From the IMG/VR virus record IMGVR_UViG_3300018080_000168: a stretch of DNA of 20,000 nucleotides; one strand, written 5' to 3'. The first letter of the stretch is position 1. Each line of letters begins with the position of its first letter. Made by a program: the position numbers and the translations under genes. The notes under the pieces were generated by a model, which did not search any database, was not told where the DNA came from, and saw only the letters and a list, made by a program, of their open reading frames with translations. Of the stretch, positions 1 to 7,886 are shown piece after piece. The DNA is from an uncultured virus (IMG/VR IMGVR_UViG_3300018080_000168) (taxonomy: Duplodnaviria; Heunggongvirae; Uroviricota; Caudoviricetes).

Positions 1-4
1 AACA

Positions 5-241
5 TTGAGCAAAATCGACCCAGATAAACTTAATGAATTCATAGATGAATGGATTGAAAGACAGAAAATTGTTCAACCATACAAAGAAATAATGTTTAAC
101 TCTCCTAAAGAAGTTGGGAATAAGGCAACCCACAAAGTGCATCCTAAAAAGGACTCCCTTCCGAATAAGGGTGCGAATTCCTTTTTCCCGCTTCGGGAAA
201 AGAAAAAGAAGGGATTGATTGGCATCACCAAACCCAAATAA
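5..241 (+). CDS. Hypothetical protein (78 aa, basic C-terminus); start uncertain at window edge
   Basis: ORF track; same strand as all neighbours, overlaps next gene. Confidence 0.55.
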   Translation: MSKIDPDKLNEFIDEWIERQKIVQPYKEIMFNSPKEVGNKATHKVHPKKDSLPNKGANSFFPLREKKKKGLIGITKPK

Positions 242-491
242 TGTAAAATGGCATGACAGCGATACACCTGTTATCTGTGGGACGTGCAAACACATTGCAC
301 AGCTTGGAGATGGACAGTTTATCTGTTTGCGTAGGTCTGGTGCCATCAATCCCTATTTATTTGTTATAAATCCAATGAATAATGCTGCACAATGCGACCT
401 TTGGACAAAAGGAAAAACCTTGAAGCAATTAGAGAAGCAAGAAAAAAGCAAACTTTCTGCTGATGAGATTAACAAACTTTCTGGGAAATAA
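219..491 (+). CDS. Small Cys4 metal-binding protein (CxxC-x12-C-x22-C)
   Basis: CGTCKH...FICLR...QCDLW; TTG start after purine-rich tract; contains three NP dipeptides. Confidence 0.7.
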   Translation: MASPNPNNVKWHDSDTPVICGTCKHIAQLGDGQFICLRRSGAINPYLFVINPMNNAAQCDLWTKGKTLKQLEKQEKSKLSADEINKLSGK

Positions 492-500
492 TTTTAATAG
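486..500 (+). promoter_or_regulatory. Putative archaeal BRE/TATA promoter (AAATAATTTTAATAG); leaderless start at 522
   Basis: TTTTAATA at 492-499, about 22 nt before ATG 522; no SD before that ATG; same TTTTAATAG core as 17552-17560. Confidence 0.5.
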
Positions 501-521
501 TAGTTCGTTGTTTTATACTTT

Positions 522-1022
522 ATGAAAAGATACATGCTGTTAGATTGGCTTTCCTATTATTTAAACAAAAAACAATGGAAAAGTTTGCAAACATTCGATG
601 AATTTGTCGGTTTTTGTGGGAGCCCTGCAAGATGCGGACAGGCTGCAATTCATCACTTTTCTTATAGATTCGATGGCGATGAGCATCTTTGGCAAAGTCC
701 TAAAACAACATGGGAACGCAGAGGTTTATTCAATAAAATGCTTGGTGATTGTGAGGATTGGGCAAGATTTTTCTGTTTATGTCTGAACAAAAATTGCGAT
801 GAAGATGCAGTTTTAATGGTTGTATCAAGCAGCAAAAAATGTCATGCAACTTGCGTTTCTCGCAATTGGACAATAGGTACTTATTACAGAATAAAACATC
901 CAAGTAACAAATATAAAGACATTGCAGAATTTTTTGTTTCTGATTGGAATAAGATAAAAATTTATTCACAAGAAACTGATGGTAATTTTCAATTAAGGAA
1001 AATTTTACAAATCGAGCGATAA
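522..1022 (+). CDS. Transglutaminase-like cysteine protease (BTLCP/LapG-like)
   Basis: YRFDG..LWQSPKTTWERRG...GDCEDWA (Cys codon 750) and HATCV (His 843) match the WxxP..GDCEDxA...H pattern; the third triad residue (Asp) is not obvious. Confidence 0.72.
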   Translation: MKRYMLLDWLSYYLNKKQWKSLQTFDEFVGFCGSPARCGQAAIHHFSYRFDGDEHLWQSPKTTWERRGLFNKMLGDCEDWARFFCLCLNKNCDEDAVLMVVSSSKKCHATCVSRNWTIGTYYRIKHPSNKYKDIAEFFVSDWNKIKIYSQETDGNFQLRKILQIER

Positions 1023-1051
1023 CTATTGGAGAAACACTTGGAGCTGTCTGC

Positions 1052-1066
1052 GTAAACTTTATATAG
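1052..1066 (+). promoter_or_regulatory. Putative archaeal BRE/TATA promoter (GTAAACTTTATATAG)
   Basis: Canonical TTTATATA at 1058-1065 preceded by AAA, about 30 nt upstream of ATG 1096; heads the long coupled gene run. Confidence 0.65.
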
Positions 1067-1095
1067 TCCTTAAAACAGTTTCCCTATTGTTTATA

Positions 1096-1779
1096 ATGTT
1101 AAGAAACTTTGACCGAGAAGGGTATCAAAGAGGTGGTCCGAAGTGGAGGGTTGCCGATGCCTATGTTCGAAGGGCTATAAAGGAGAATTTGCATAGGTCT
1201 CCTCAAGGTAAAATGCCTAATAAATGGTTGAGGAAGATAACAATAACTGATGAAAATTCCGACCAGGATAAGATAAAGAAAATAGCAGGTCTTATGTCTT
1301 TACTTGCACACCAATCCAGTAGAAGCAGAATTGTTAGAGATGTGGCAAGAGCAATCATACGTGCTTATAATGTAGAGCCAAAGGATTTTGAAAATGAATT
1401 ATGGGCTTTGCAGCACTGGATAATTAATAATATTCGATATACATTTGATACTGGAGAGCAATTCCAAACTCCGCAAAGAGTTTTGCTCGACTGGTATAAT
1501 CACCATGATGGAGCAGACTGTGATTGCCTTACGATGCTTTATATCAGTTTGGCAAGAGCATTAGGACATGTTAAATTAGCAATTGGATTGCTTGACTCTC
1601 GTGGAGATGGCACTATCTCCCATGCAATTGCTTTGGTTAAGTTGCCAAAACCAAAAGAGCCTTGGATGTGGAAATGGATTCCAATTGAATTGACAAAGAA
1701 AGTTACATTTGGATGGATGACACCAAAAGTAACCAAGCTGTTTGCAGCACCGATTAAAGCAGGAGGTGGTGTGAGATGA
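1096..1779 (+). CDS. Transglutaminase-superfamily protein (putative Cys protease)
   Basis: WIINNIRYTFD..QTPQRVL...GADCDC (Cys 1519)...SHAIALV (His 1621)...WIPIELT (Glu 1687 where family usually has D of 'DPT'). ATG 1096 preferred over TTG 1087. Confidence 0.8.
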   Translation: MLRNFDREGYQRGGPKWRVADAYVRRAIKENLHRSPQGKMPNKWLRKITITDENSDQDKIKKIAGLMSLLAHQSSRSRIVRDVARAIIRAYNVEPKDFENELWALQHWIINNIRYTFDTGEQFQTPQRVLLDWYNHHDGADCDCLTMLYISLARALGHVKLAIGLLDSRGDGTISHAIALVKLPKPKEPWMWKWIPIELTKKVTFGWMTPKVTKLFAAPIKAGGGVR

Positions 1780-3884
1780 TTGAACTTGAAAATGGCCAAA
1801 TGGCTATGTTTCCAGAAGGTGAGGGTACAGCTCCACATGATGTGGGCAAGATGTGGATAGTCAATCCTCCAATGAGAGTTGTTGCTGATTTGAAGGATGT
1901 CAGTGGTCCAGAGAAAGAGAAAATACACCAGTTAATTGCTGAAAAACTTGAAAAAGCTGGATTTAAAGTACAGGTAAAGAAAGGTAAAGTTTATTCAGAT
2001 GGACCTCCTACATCTATTATGAATTTTTTGAAGAATTTCTTGCCTCCAGCAAGTCAGTTTGCACAATTCGATAAAAATAAAGTGCTCATTAAATTGAGTC
2101 CTAATCCAAAAAACTTTGGATTTAGTGGGACTGTTATGCCACTAAAGAAAAATCCAAAGGTTAATGTAGTTACAAATCCACAGTTTAAAATTGACGATTT
2201 TGTAGTTAAAGTTGGCTCTGACATAAAGGGAAGAGTTTCAGGTTCCGATAATGGCAAAGTAATTGTCCAATGGGATACTGGAGACACAACAGAGGAACAG
2301 CCAACATCACTTACTAAATCTTCTGGTCCGCAATTAATTGATGTCAAAGAAGCTGACCACGGATTTGATTGGACAGTTTATAGATATTCTGGTGCAGTTT
2401 ACGATTGGGGTAATTCAGACAGTGAATATCTTGCCTTGGCTGACGCCAGACGTGCATATAATGAGATGGTTCAGGAGGAAACAAGATATAATCCTGATAG
2501 ATATGGCCAGGGAATCTATTCTGATGAAAGTCTTGCAAGATTAAGAGAAGACGCTTGGAGACATTTCGAAAGTATGAAGATAGTTCCAACAATAGAAGAA
2601 ATTTTCAATGATATGTGTGATGCCATAGAAGACGAAACAGGATATTGCGATGAGAACATAGTTGCAAGATTCTTGGGAATGGACGAAGATGATGAAATGG
2701 AAAATCCAAAGTTCAAACGGAAGGCCAGACAAGATTCATTGGAGCCAGAAGAGGAATACAGGGCTTGGATGCACAAACAGGAAGGAATGGGGATGATGAA
2801 TCCAAACATTTATGCTGATGTAAGAGACCCAAATTTCACACCAAATCCCATAGGAGCAGCTATTGGTGGCTTGGCAAAAGCAGGAGCAAGAGTAGGAGCT
2901 CGGGCTGGTATGAAAGCAGCAAAGTATGGAGCAAGGAAGGGTGCAGGTCTTGCGAAGGAAGGAGTAAAGTCTGGTGCAAGATATGGAGCCAGGAAATTGC
3001 TTGAATATTCTGCTCCGCCACAAGGTTATGCTTATAATGGACCACCATATGGTTGGTCTTGGCAAGATTTGCAGAATGCAAAAGTGGAGCTACAAGAGTT
3101 ACGGAAACTCGGAGACCCAAGATATAAGGATTTAGAGGAGCAAATCGATGAAGTTCAAGTTTATTATGATGAAATAAGTTCAAATCCAGGTGATAATATG
3201 CAGATTGTAGAGCCAAATCCCCCTAAAAAGACAATGTTTTTCGAACCGAAATACAAAAAGTATGCAAAAATTATTACTGTCAAATCGATTCCAAAGGCAA
3301 AGGAATCTTTGAACAAACTATCTGCAGAATGGAAAAATGCTGATAGAGAAAAGAAAAGAAGGATAATCAAAGCTGCTACATTGGCAGCAAACAGAGCAGT
3401 TGGCATGACCAAAAGGAAGAAAAGACCACTGCGACAAAAAACTAAAGATGAGAAACTCAAGATTGCGAAACTGTATCGTGAATGGATTAAATCACATTCA
3501 CTTTCCTCAAACCCAAATGGAGACGAGGAGGTGCCTGAAATGGAAGAAACACAGCCAATAGAGGAGCAGGAGGAGGAAATTCAAGAGGACAAAGAGATGT
3601 ATGAAAACAGTCCTCCTGAACAAAATCCACCTGACGAGTCCCAAGAGGCTTCTGATGAAGCAAACGACCCTGAAGAGGAGGAAACCAAAGAAGAAGAAGA
3701 AACAGAAGAGCAAGAGGAAGAGGAAGAGCCAAGTGCGGTTCCTGTTGTGAATCCTCCTGAAGCCGAAGAAAAGCCTTCGGAACATCTTCTGAAGTTCCTT
3801 GGATGGGGAAATCCTGTTGGCACTGACAAGAAAATCAAAATATACAGGTGTGTCAAGTGCAACAAAACATTCAGGGGTGCGTAA
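1776..3884 (+). CDS. 702-aa modular protein with 14 NP motifs (SH3/KOW-like module, Gly/Ala amphipathic segment, basic block, Glu-rich tract, C-terminal CxxC)
   Basis: Long ORF, GGAGGTGG SD, ATGA overlap with upstream protease gene. Confidence 0.9.
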   Translation: MIELENGQMAMFPEGEGTAPHDVGKMWIVNPPMRVVADLKDVSGPEKEKIHQLIAEKLEKAGFKVQVKKGKVYSDGPPTSIMNFLKNFLPPASQFAQFDKNKVLIKLSPNPKNFGFSGTVMPLKKNPKVNVVTNPQFKIDDFVVKVGSDIKGRVSGSDNGKVIVQWDTGDTTEEQPTSLTKSSGPQLIDVKEADHGFDWTVYRYSGAVYDWGNSDSEYLALADARRAYNEMVQEETRYNPDRYGQGIYSDESLARLREDAWRHFESMKIVPTIEEIFNDMCDAIEDETGYCDENIVARFLGMDEDDEMENPKFKRKARQDSLEPEEEYRAWMHKQEGMGMMNPNIYADVRDPNFTPNPIGAAIGGLAKAGARVGARAGMKAAKYGARKGAGLAKEGVKSGARYGARKLLEYSAPPQGYAYNGPPYGWSWQDLQNAKVELQELRKLGDPRYKDLEEQIDEVQVYYDEISSNPGDNMQIVEPNPPKKTMFFEPKYKKYAKIITVKSIPKAKESLNKLSAEWKNADREKKRRIIKAATLAANRAVGMTKRKKRPLRQKTKDEKLKIAKLYREWIKSHSLSSNPNGDEEVPEMEETQPIEEQEEEIQEDKEMYENSPPEQNPPDESQEASDEANDPEEEETKEEEETEEQEEEEEPSAVPVVNPPEAEEKPSEHLLKFLGWGNPVGTDKKIKIYRCVKCNKTFRGA

Positions 3885-3886
3885 AG

Positions 3887-5863
3887 ATGGATTCGTGGGA
3901 TGATGATATCTATGCACCCCACCTTGGGGCATCTCCATTTCTCGATGTGGAGACTGGCTTTGTCGATAGTGCTTACAGAGTCAGACACCTTTCGGATACT
4001 GAAAAATTGGTTGCAAAGCAAGTCAATCGTGCAAAAGTTGCCGATATGATAAAGAAAAAAGGGAAGAAACCAAAGTATGTTAAATTCTGGAAGGTTCCAA
4101 AACCAATCCAATTGCCCAAAGCGACATATCCCGAGGCTGTGCGGGAAGACATCAAGAAGTGGGCATACAGGAATCCAGTGAAATATGCTGAACTTCAATC
4201 CAAGGCACAAGCATCCAAAATCTCCAGGCAATGGAAAACAAAGGTAAAAAAGAAGAGAAATGAATTGCGAAAACAAATGATGATTGATTTGCAAAAACTT
4301 ACCAAAGAGATGAAGGAAGCAGTGAAAACAGGTGCTGTTTCAAGCAAAATGGCAAATGAGTTATTCAAGCAGAAACGCAAGGAATTACAGAACAACATGA
4401 AATTACAATTACAGGCTATTAAGAAGTCTTCCCAACAGGAAATGAAAGCTGACAAGGTTAAGTCTTTAGAAGTTTACAACAAAGTTGTCAGAGCAAGAGG
4501 GAACTATATTGACGCCAAGGCAAGAGAGGCAGAAAGTGAAAAACGTAGAATCCAGGGTTTGGTCCAGAAAGGTGAAATGGACCCAAAAGTAGCCAATCCA
4601 ATCATTAAATCTCTTGACCAGCGAATAAACAATCTACAGCTTGGCAAGAAACAGCTTCAGCAAAAGGCAATAGGCAACAAAGTTACTTTCTTGGCAAAAC
4701 ATAAGATTCTGCCAGAAGATAGAGCAAGAGAACTTTCTGATAAAATAAAGAGAGGAGCCAAAAAAGTTGCAGCTGAAAAAATCATTACAAGTCCAAAGAT
4801 GCAGAAGGAAAAGAGCGATTTGTATTCTGGAATCAAATGGGAGCAGGCATATGAAGCAGCAATATCCCATGCAGAAAATGTTGGTGCTTCTTGGGTGATT
4901 ATTCCGCTGAAAAAGGAGAATGAAACAATCACTGAAATCAAAATGCCTTTGAAAGTTGCCAAGACAAGACTTGCCAGGCTGAAGATGGGAAACAAGCTGC
5001 ATGAAGGCAGGATAACGAAAATGAAGGGCAAGGAAAAAGTACCTTCGGGTGTTATTGCTGTTTCACAGTATGGCCAAAGGATAGGTCCAGAGGCTATTAC
5101 TGCACAAATTAACTATATCAAACAGCAATCTGAAAAGGGCAAAATTAATAAAAGTGTTGCAAACAAAGCCATAATGCACTTGATGAAGGCGAAACAAATG
5201 CTGTATGTAAAAGGTCCAAAGAGAAGAGTAATGGTTGTACCTGTTTGCAGAGAAGCTCTAAAGAGAGGAGCTCCTGCAGGAGAAAAAGTTGCTGTAAGCA
5301 AGCCAGGAGTACCCATAACCAAGAAGAAGGCAATTCCTGCAACTGTTCCAACTGCAATTCCGCACAAAACATATGTTAAAACTGAAGTCAAAACAGTTAA
5401 GCCGAAAGCAAAGATTGCAAAGAAAGTTGCAAAGAAAGTACCAGTTGCGAAAAAAGCTGCTGTGCCAGTTCCTGCAGTAGAGGAAGACATGTTTGAGTCT
5501 CTTGTAAGTGCATTTACAGACATGTTCAAAGGATTTGACTTATTTGGCAAGGAAGAAGCACCAGCAACTGTCGTTAAGAAGACAACTGTTGTCAAAGTGC
5601 CTAAAAAGGTTGCAGTAGCCAAAAAGAAAGCCAAAAAAGTAAAAAAGAAGGCTGCACCAGTGAAGGGACCGAACAAATTGGTGCCAGATGAGGCAAAGAA
5701 AACAGAAAGTGGAGGATTTGATTTCTTCCCCGAAGATTTCCTGAAGGTCAATCTATTTGGTGTACTGCCGACTGACCCAGACGAATTGCCAGATGCCTAT
5801 GTGCCTCAAGATTCAAATTTCTACAATGTTCAAGCAGAAAGAGGCTATGATGAGATAGTGTAG
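3887..5863 (+). CDS. Large Lys-rich protein with coiled-coil region and histone-H1-like K/A/P/V tail; possible DNA-condensing core protein
   Basis: ATG 3887 after AGGGGTG, 2 nt after upstream stop (preferred over GTG 3848); KKVAKKVPVAKKAA-type tracts; acidic termini. Function is inference. Confidence 0.85.
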   Translation: MDSWDDDIYAPHLGASPFLDVETGFVDSAYRVRHLSDTEKLVAKQVNRAKVADMIKKKGKKPKYVKFWKVPKPIQLPKATYPEAVREDIKKWAYRNPVKYAELQSKAQASKISRQWKTKVKKKRNELRKQMMIDLQKLTKEMKEAVKTGAVSSKMANELFKQKRKELQNNMKLQLQAIKKSSQQEMKADKVKSLEVYNKVVRARGNYIDAKAREAESEKRRIQGLVQKGEMDPKVANPIIKSLDQRINNLQLGKKQLQQKAIGNKVTFLAKHKILPEDRARELSDKIKRGAKKVAAEKIITSPKMQKEKSDLYSGIKWEQAYEAAISHAENVGASWVIIPLKKENETITEIKMPLKVAKTRLARLKMGNKLHEGRITKMKGKEKVPSGVIAVSQYGQRIGPEAITAQINYIKQQSEKGKINKSVANKAIMHLMKAKQMLYVKGPKRRVMVVPVCREALKRGAPAGEKVAVSKPGVPITKKKAIPATVPTAIPHKTYVKTEVKTVKPKAKIAKKVAKKVPVAKKAAVPVPAVEEDMFESLVSAFTDMFKGFDLFGKEEAPATVVKKTTVVKVPKKVAVAKKKAKKVKKKAAPVKGPNKLVPDEAKKTESGGFDFFPEDFLKVNLFGVLPTDPDELPDAYVPQDSNFYNVQAERGYDEIV

Positions 5864-5869
5864 GTGACG

Positions 5870-7564
5870 ATGATAGAAATGAATTGTCCAAACTGCAAAA
5901 ACATAATCCTTGAGCCGAGGAAAAGCAACCCACCAGGGGCATTAGTATGTCCCATGTGTGGTAAAGGATGGATTCCGACAGAGATTCGCTCTAATCCAAC
6001 CAAGCCAACTCGCACTGGTGGTCGACACTACAAGCCATCTGAACGTCAAAGGATAATGAAAACCAAGGAATTCAAAAAATGGTGGAAGGAAAGATGGCAT
6101 GATAGTCATGGTGGTATGCCACAGCGTTGGCCAGGGGATAGTGGCAAGTTTCATGCATTTATGACAGATGTTGGCAAATTTGCATCACGAAAGGGCAAGA
6201 AAGGATGGCCAGATGCAACTTGGCTGTCAGATAAAGCTCGTTCAGATGTTACACAAGTCCGCAAATACCTTCATGAAATCGGAGAGGGGAAACGTACTAT
6301 TGGCGGACAGAAAGCCAAGAGAAATCCTAATATGCTTGTTGAGTGGGATGAAATTGAAGAAGAAATAGTATATGGCTTTTTAGAGGAAAATCCTGGCAAT
6401 TGGGATGACAATCCTGTACCAGAAGTCAAGAAGGTTGAAAAACACATCAGGAATTGGCTCAAGCTAATGGGACAGAAAAAATACAAAGAAGCTGAAGAAA
6501 TTAATGTAAAGAAAATCAAACCTGTTCTTGGCAAAGGTGTATTACCCTATGCTCCTTCAAAGAAGGAAATAAAAGACCCAAAGAAGTTCCTGAAACTTGT
6601 TAGCTGTATTTACCAAGTCGGCAAAAGGTCAGAATTAGCTGGAGAGGGTCCAGTCAGCCCATACGGTGTTTGCAGAGCCAGTGTTATGAAAAATCCAAAG
6701 TGCACACTCGAAGATGTAAAGAGCAGATTGGATACCTTGGACCTTAAAGATGTAACTTATTTCCAAGATAAAGCTGAAATTGACAATGGGAAAGCTGAAA
6801 GAAGATTCTCAAGTCAGACACTTCTTGAAACTCGCAGAGGGGTTGAGGACGATGATTTTCCCGAATTAACCAAGAAAGGTAAAGAAATTCTTAATGAAAG
6901 ATTGGCAAAGCATTTCAAAGGAATGCCAGTAACATACAGTTTTTACGAAGGTGAAAAGGGAGATTTCTTTATTATTGTGGAGTTGGTGAAGAAAAATCCT
7001 CCAAGCAAGGAAGATTGGGAAGATGCTATTGCAGGCGAAGGATGGGCTATTCAAGATTATACCAATATGCTTGATGGTGCTACACCAGAAGAGCGAAAAG
7101 TTCTCGAGCATATTATTGAAGAAGAAAAAGAGCATCTTGAAGAATTGCTCATGCTGAAACATTGCAAACTTAATCCAGGAAAAGCCTATGAATATTTGAA
7201 TCCGAAGCCAACAGGTTATGGTGAAGACCCACAAGCATATTGGGTTACTGTGCTTGTGCATCCTAATGGAGAGCATACACTGGTTCAGGATTGGGAAGGG
7301 AAAATCGTTGTAAGAGGTTCGAAAAAAGGAGCAATGGCTGTTGGCAAATCTATGCAGGATGACGTCAAGATGGCAGGAGGCCAAGTCTCGGGAAAGATAG
7401 TTCCTGTTAGACTTTGGGATGTTGGACAAGATTTTGGTGCAGAAGGCCATGAAATTTCATATAGACCAAATCCAGAAGGTGGTGGTGATGAATCCTTTCG
7501 AGAAAATGGAGCCGAAGGAAGTGTTCGAAATAGTGTACAAGGAGGTTCGGAACAAAATGCCTGA
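5870..7564 (+). CDS. Modular protein with 10 NP motifs (N-terminal Zn ribbon, basic module, half-ferritin-like module)
   Basis: CPNC..CPMC; EDAIAGEGWAIQDY...IIEEEKEHLEEL; start could be 5864, 5870 or 5879 (AGGTGA at 5862). Confidence 0.9.
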   Translation: MIEMNCPNCKNIILEPRKSNPPGALVCPMCGKGWIPTEIRSNPTKPTRTGGRHYKPSERQRIMKTKEFKKWWKERWHDSHGGMPQRWPGDSGKFHAFMTDVGKFASRKGKKGWPDATWLSDKARSDVTQVRKYLHEIGEGKRTIGGQKAKRNPNMLVEWDEIEEEIVYGFLEENPGNWDDNPVPEVKKVEKHIRNWLKLMGQKKYKEAEEINVKKIKPVLGKGVLPYAPSKKEIKDPKKFLKLVSCIYQVGKRSELAGEGPVSPYGVCRASVMKNPKCTLEDVKSRLDTLDLKDVTYFQDKAEIDNGKAERRFSSQTLLETRRGVEDDDFPELTKKGKEILNERLAKHFKGMPVTYSFYEGEKGDFFIIVELVKKNPPSKEDWEDAIAGEGWAIQDYTNMLDGATPEERKVLEHIIEEEKEHLEELLMLKHCKLNPGKAYEYLNPKPTGYGEDPQAYWVTVLVHPNGEHTLVQDWEGKIVVRGSKKGAMAVGKSMQDDVKMAGGQVSGKIVPVRLWDVGQDFGAEGHEISYRPNPEGGGDESFRENGAEGSVRNSVQGGSEQNA

Positions 7565-7886
7565 TGTTCAAGTTTCTTTCGAACAATCACCTGAAATTGA
7601 AGCAATGCACGAAGAAAGTCCAAGGATATTTTGCGGAAGTTTGCCTGGTCAAATATATTATTGCAAAGATTTTGCAGATTTGCCAGTCATGAACCAGTTT
7701 GGCATAATGTGGCATGAATTCGGACACCAAATTCACTATATTCTTAAAGATGAAGACCATCCTATATTATTGCAATTACCAAATGATGACGAATTAATTG
7801 CAGATTATCTTATCGAAATGATGTTCAATAAGCGTATCTTCTATTCAGGAGATAACAAATTACAATATGTAATGGAGGCTACCTAA
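7488..7886 (+). CDS. Small HExxH zincin-like metallopeptidase (ImmA/IrrE-like minimal domain)
   Basis: WHEFGHQIH (7710-7736) plus downstream DELIADY; ATG 7488 after GAAGGTGGTG preferred over 7419. Confidence 0.65.
   Translation: MNPFEKMEPKEVFEIVYKEVRNKMPDVQVSFEQSPEIEAMHEESPRIFCGSLPGQIYYCKDFADLPVMNQFGIMWHEFGHQIHYILKDEDHPILLQLPNDDELIADYLIEMMFNKRIFYSGDNKLQYVMEAT

Noticed and set aside
1863..7475. NP signal as a DNA motif (AATCC)
   Set aside because: Most NPs use AAT-CCN, but the excess is in one reading frame, flanks are not conserved, the third Pro position varies and AAC-CCA also occurs (3510, 5927). A frame-resolved count would settle it.
1776..7564. Inteins explaining the Asn-bounded modules
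   Set aside because: No Cys/Ser-start...His-Asn-[C/S/T] splice junctions or HINT motifs; the residue after Asn is Pro.
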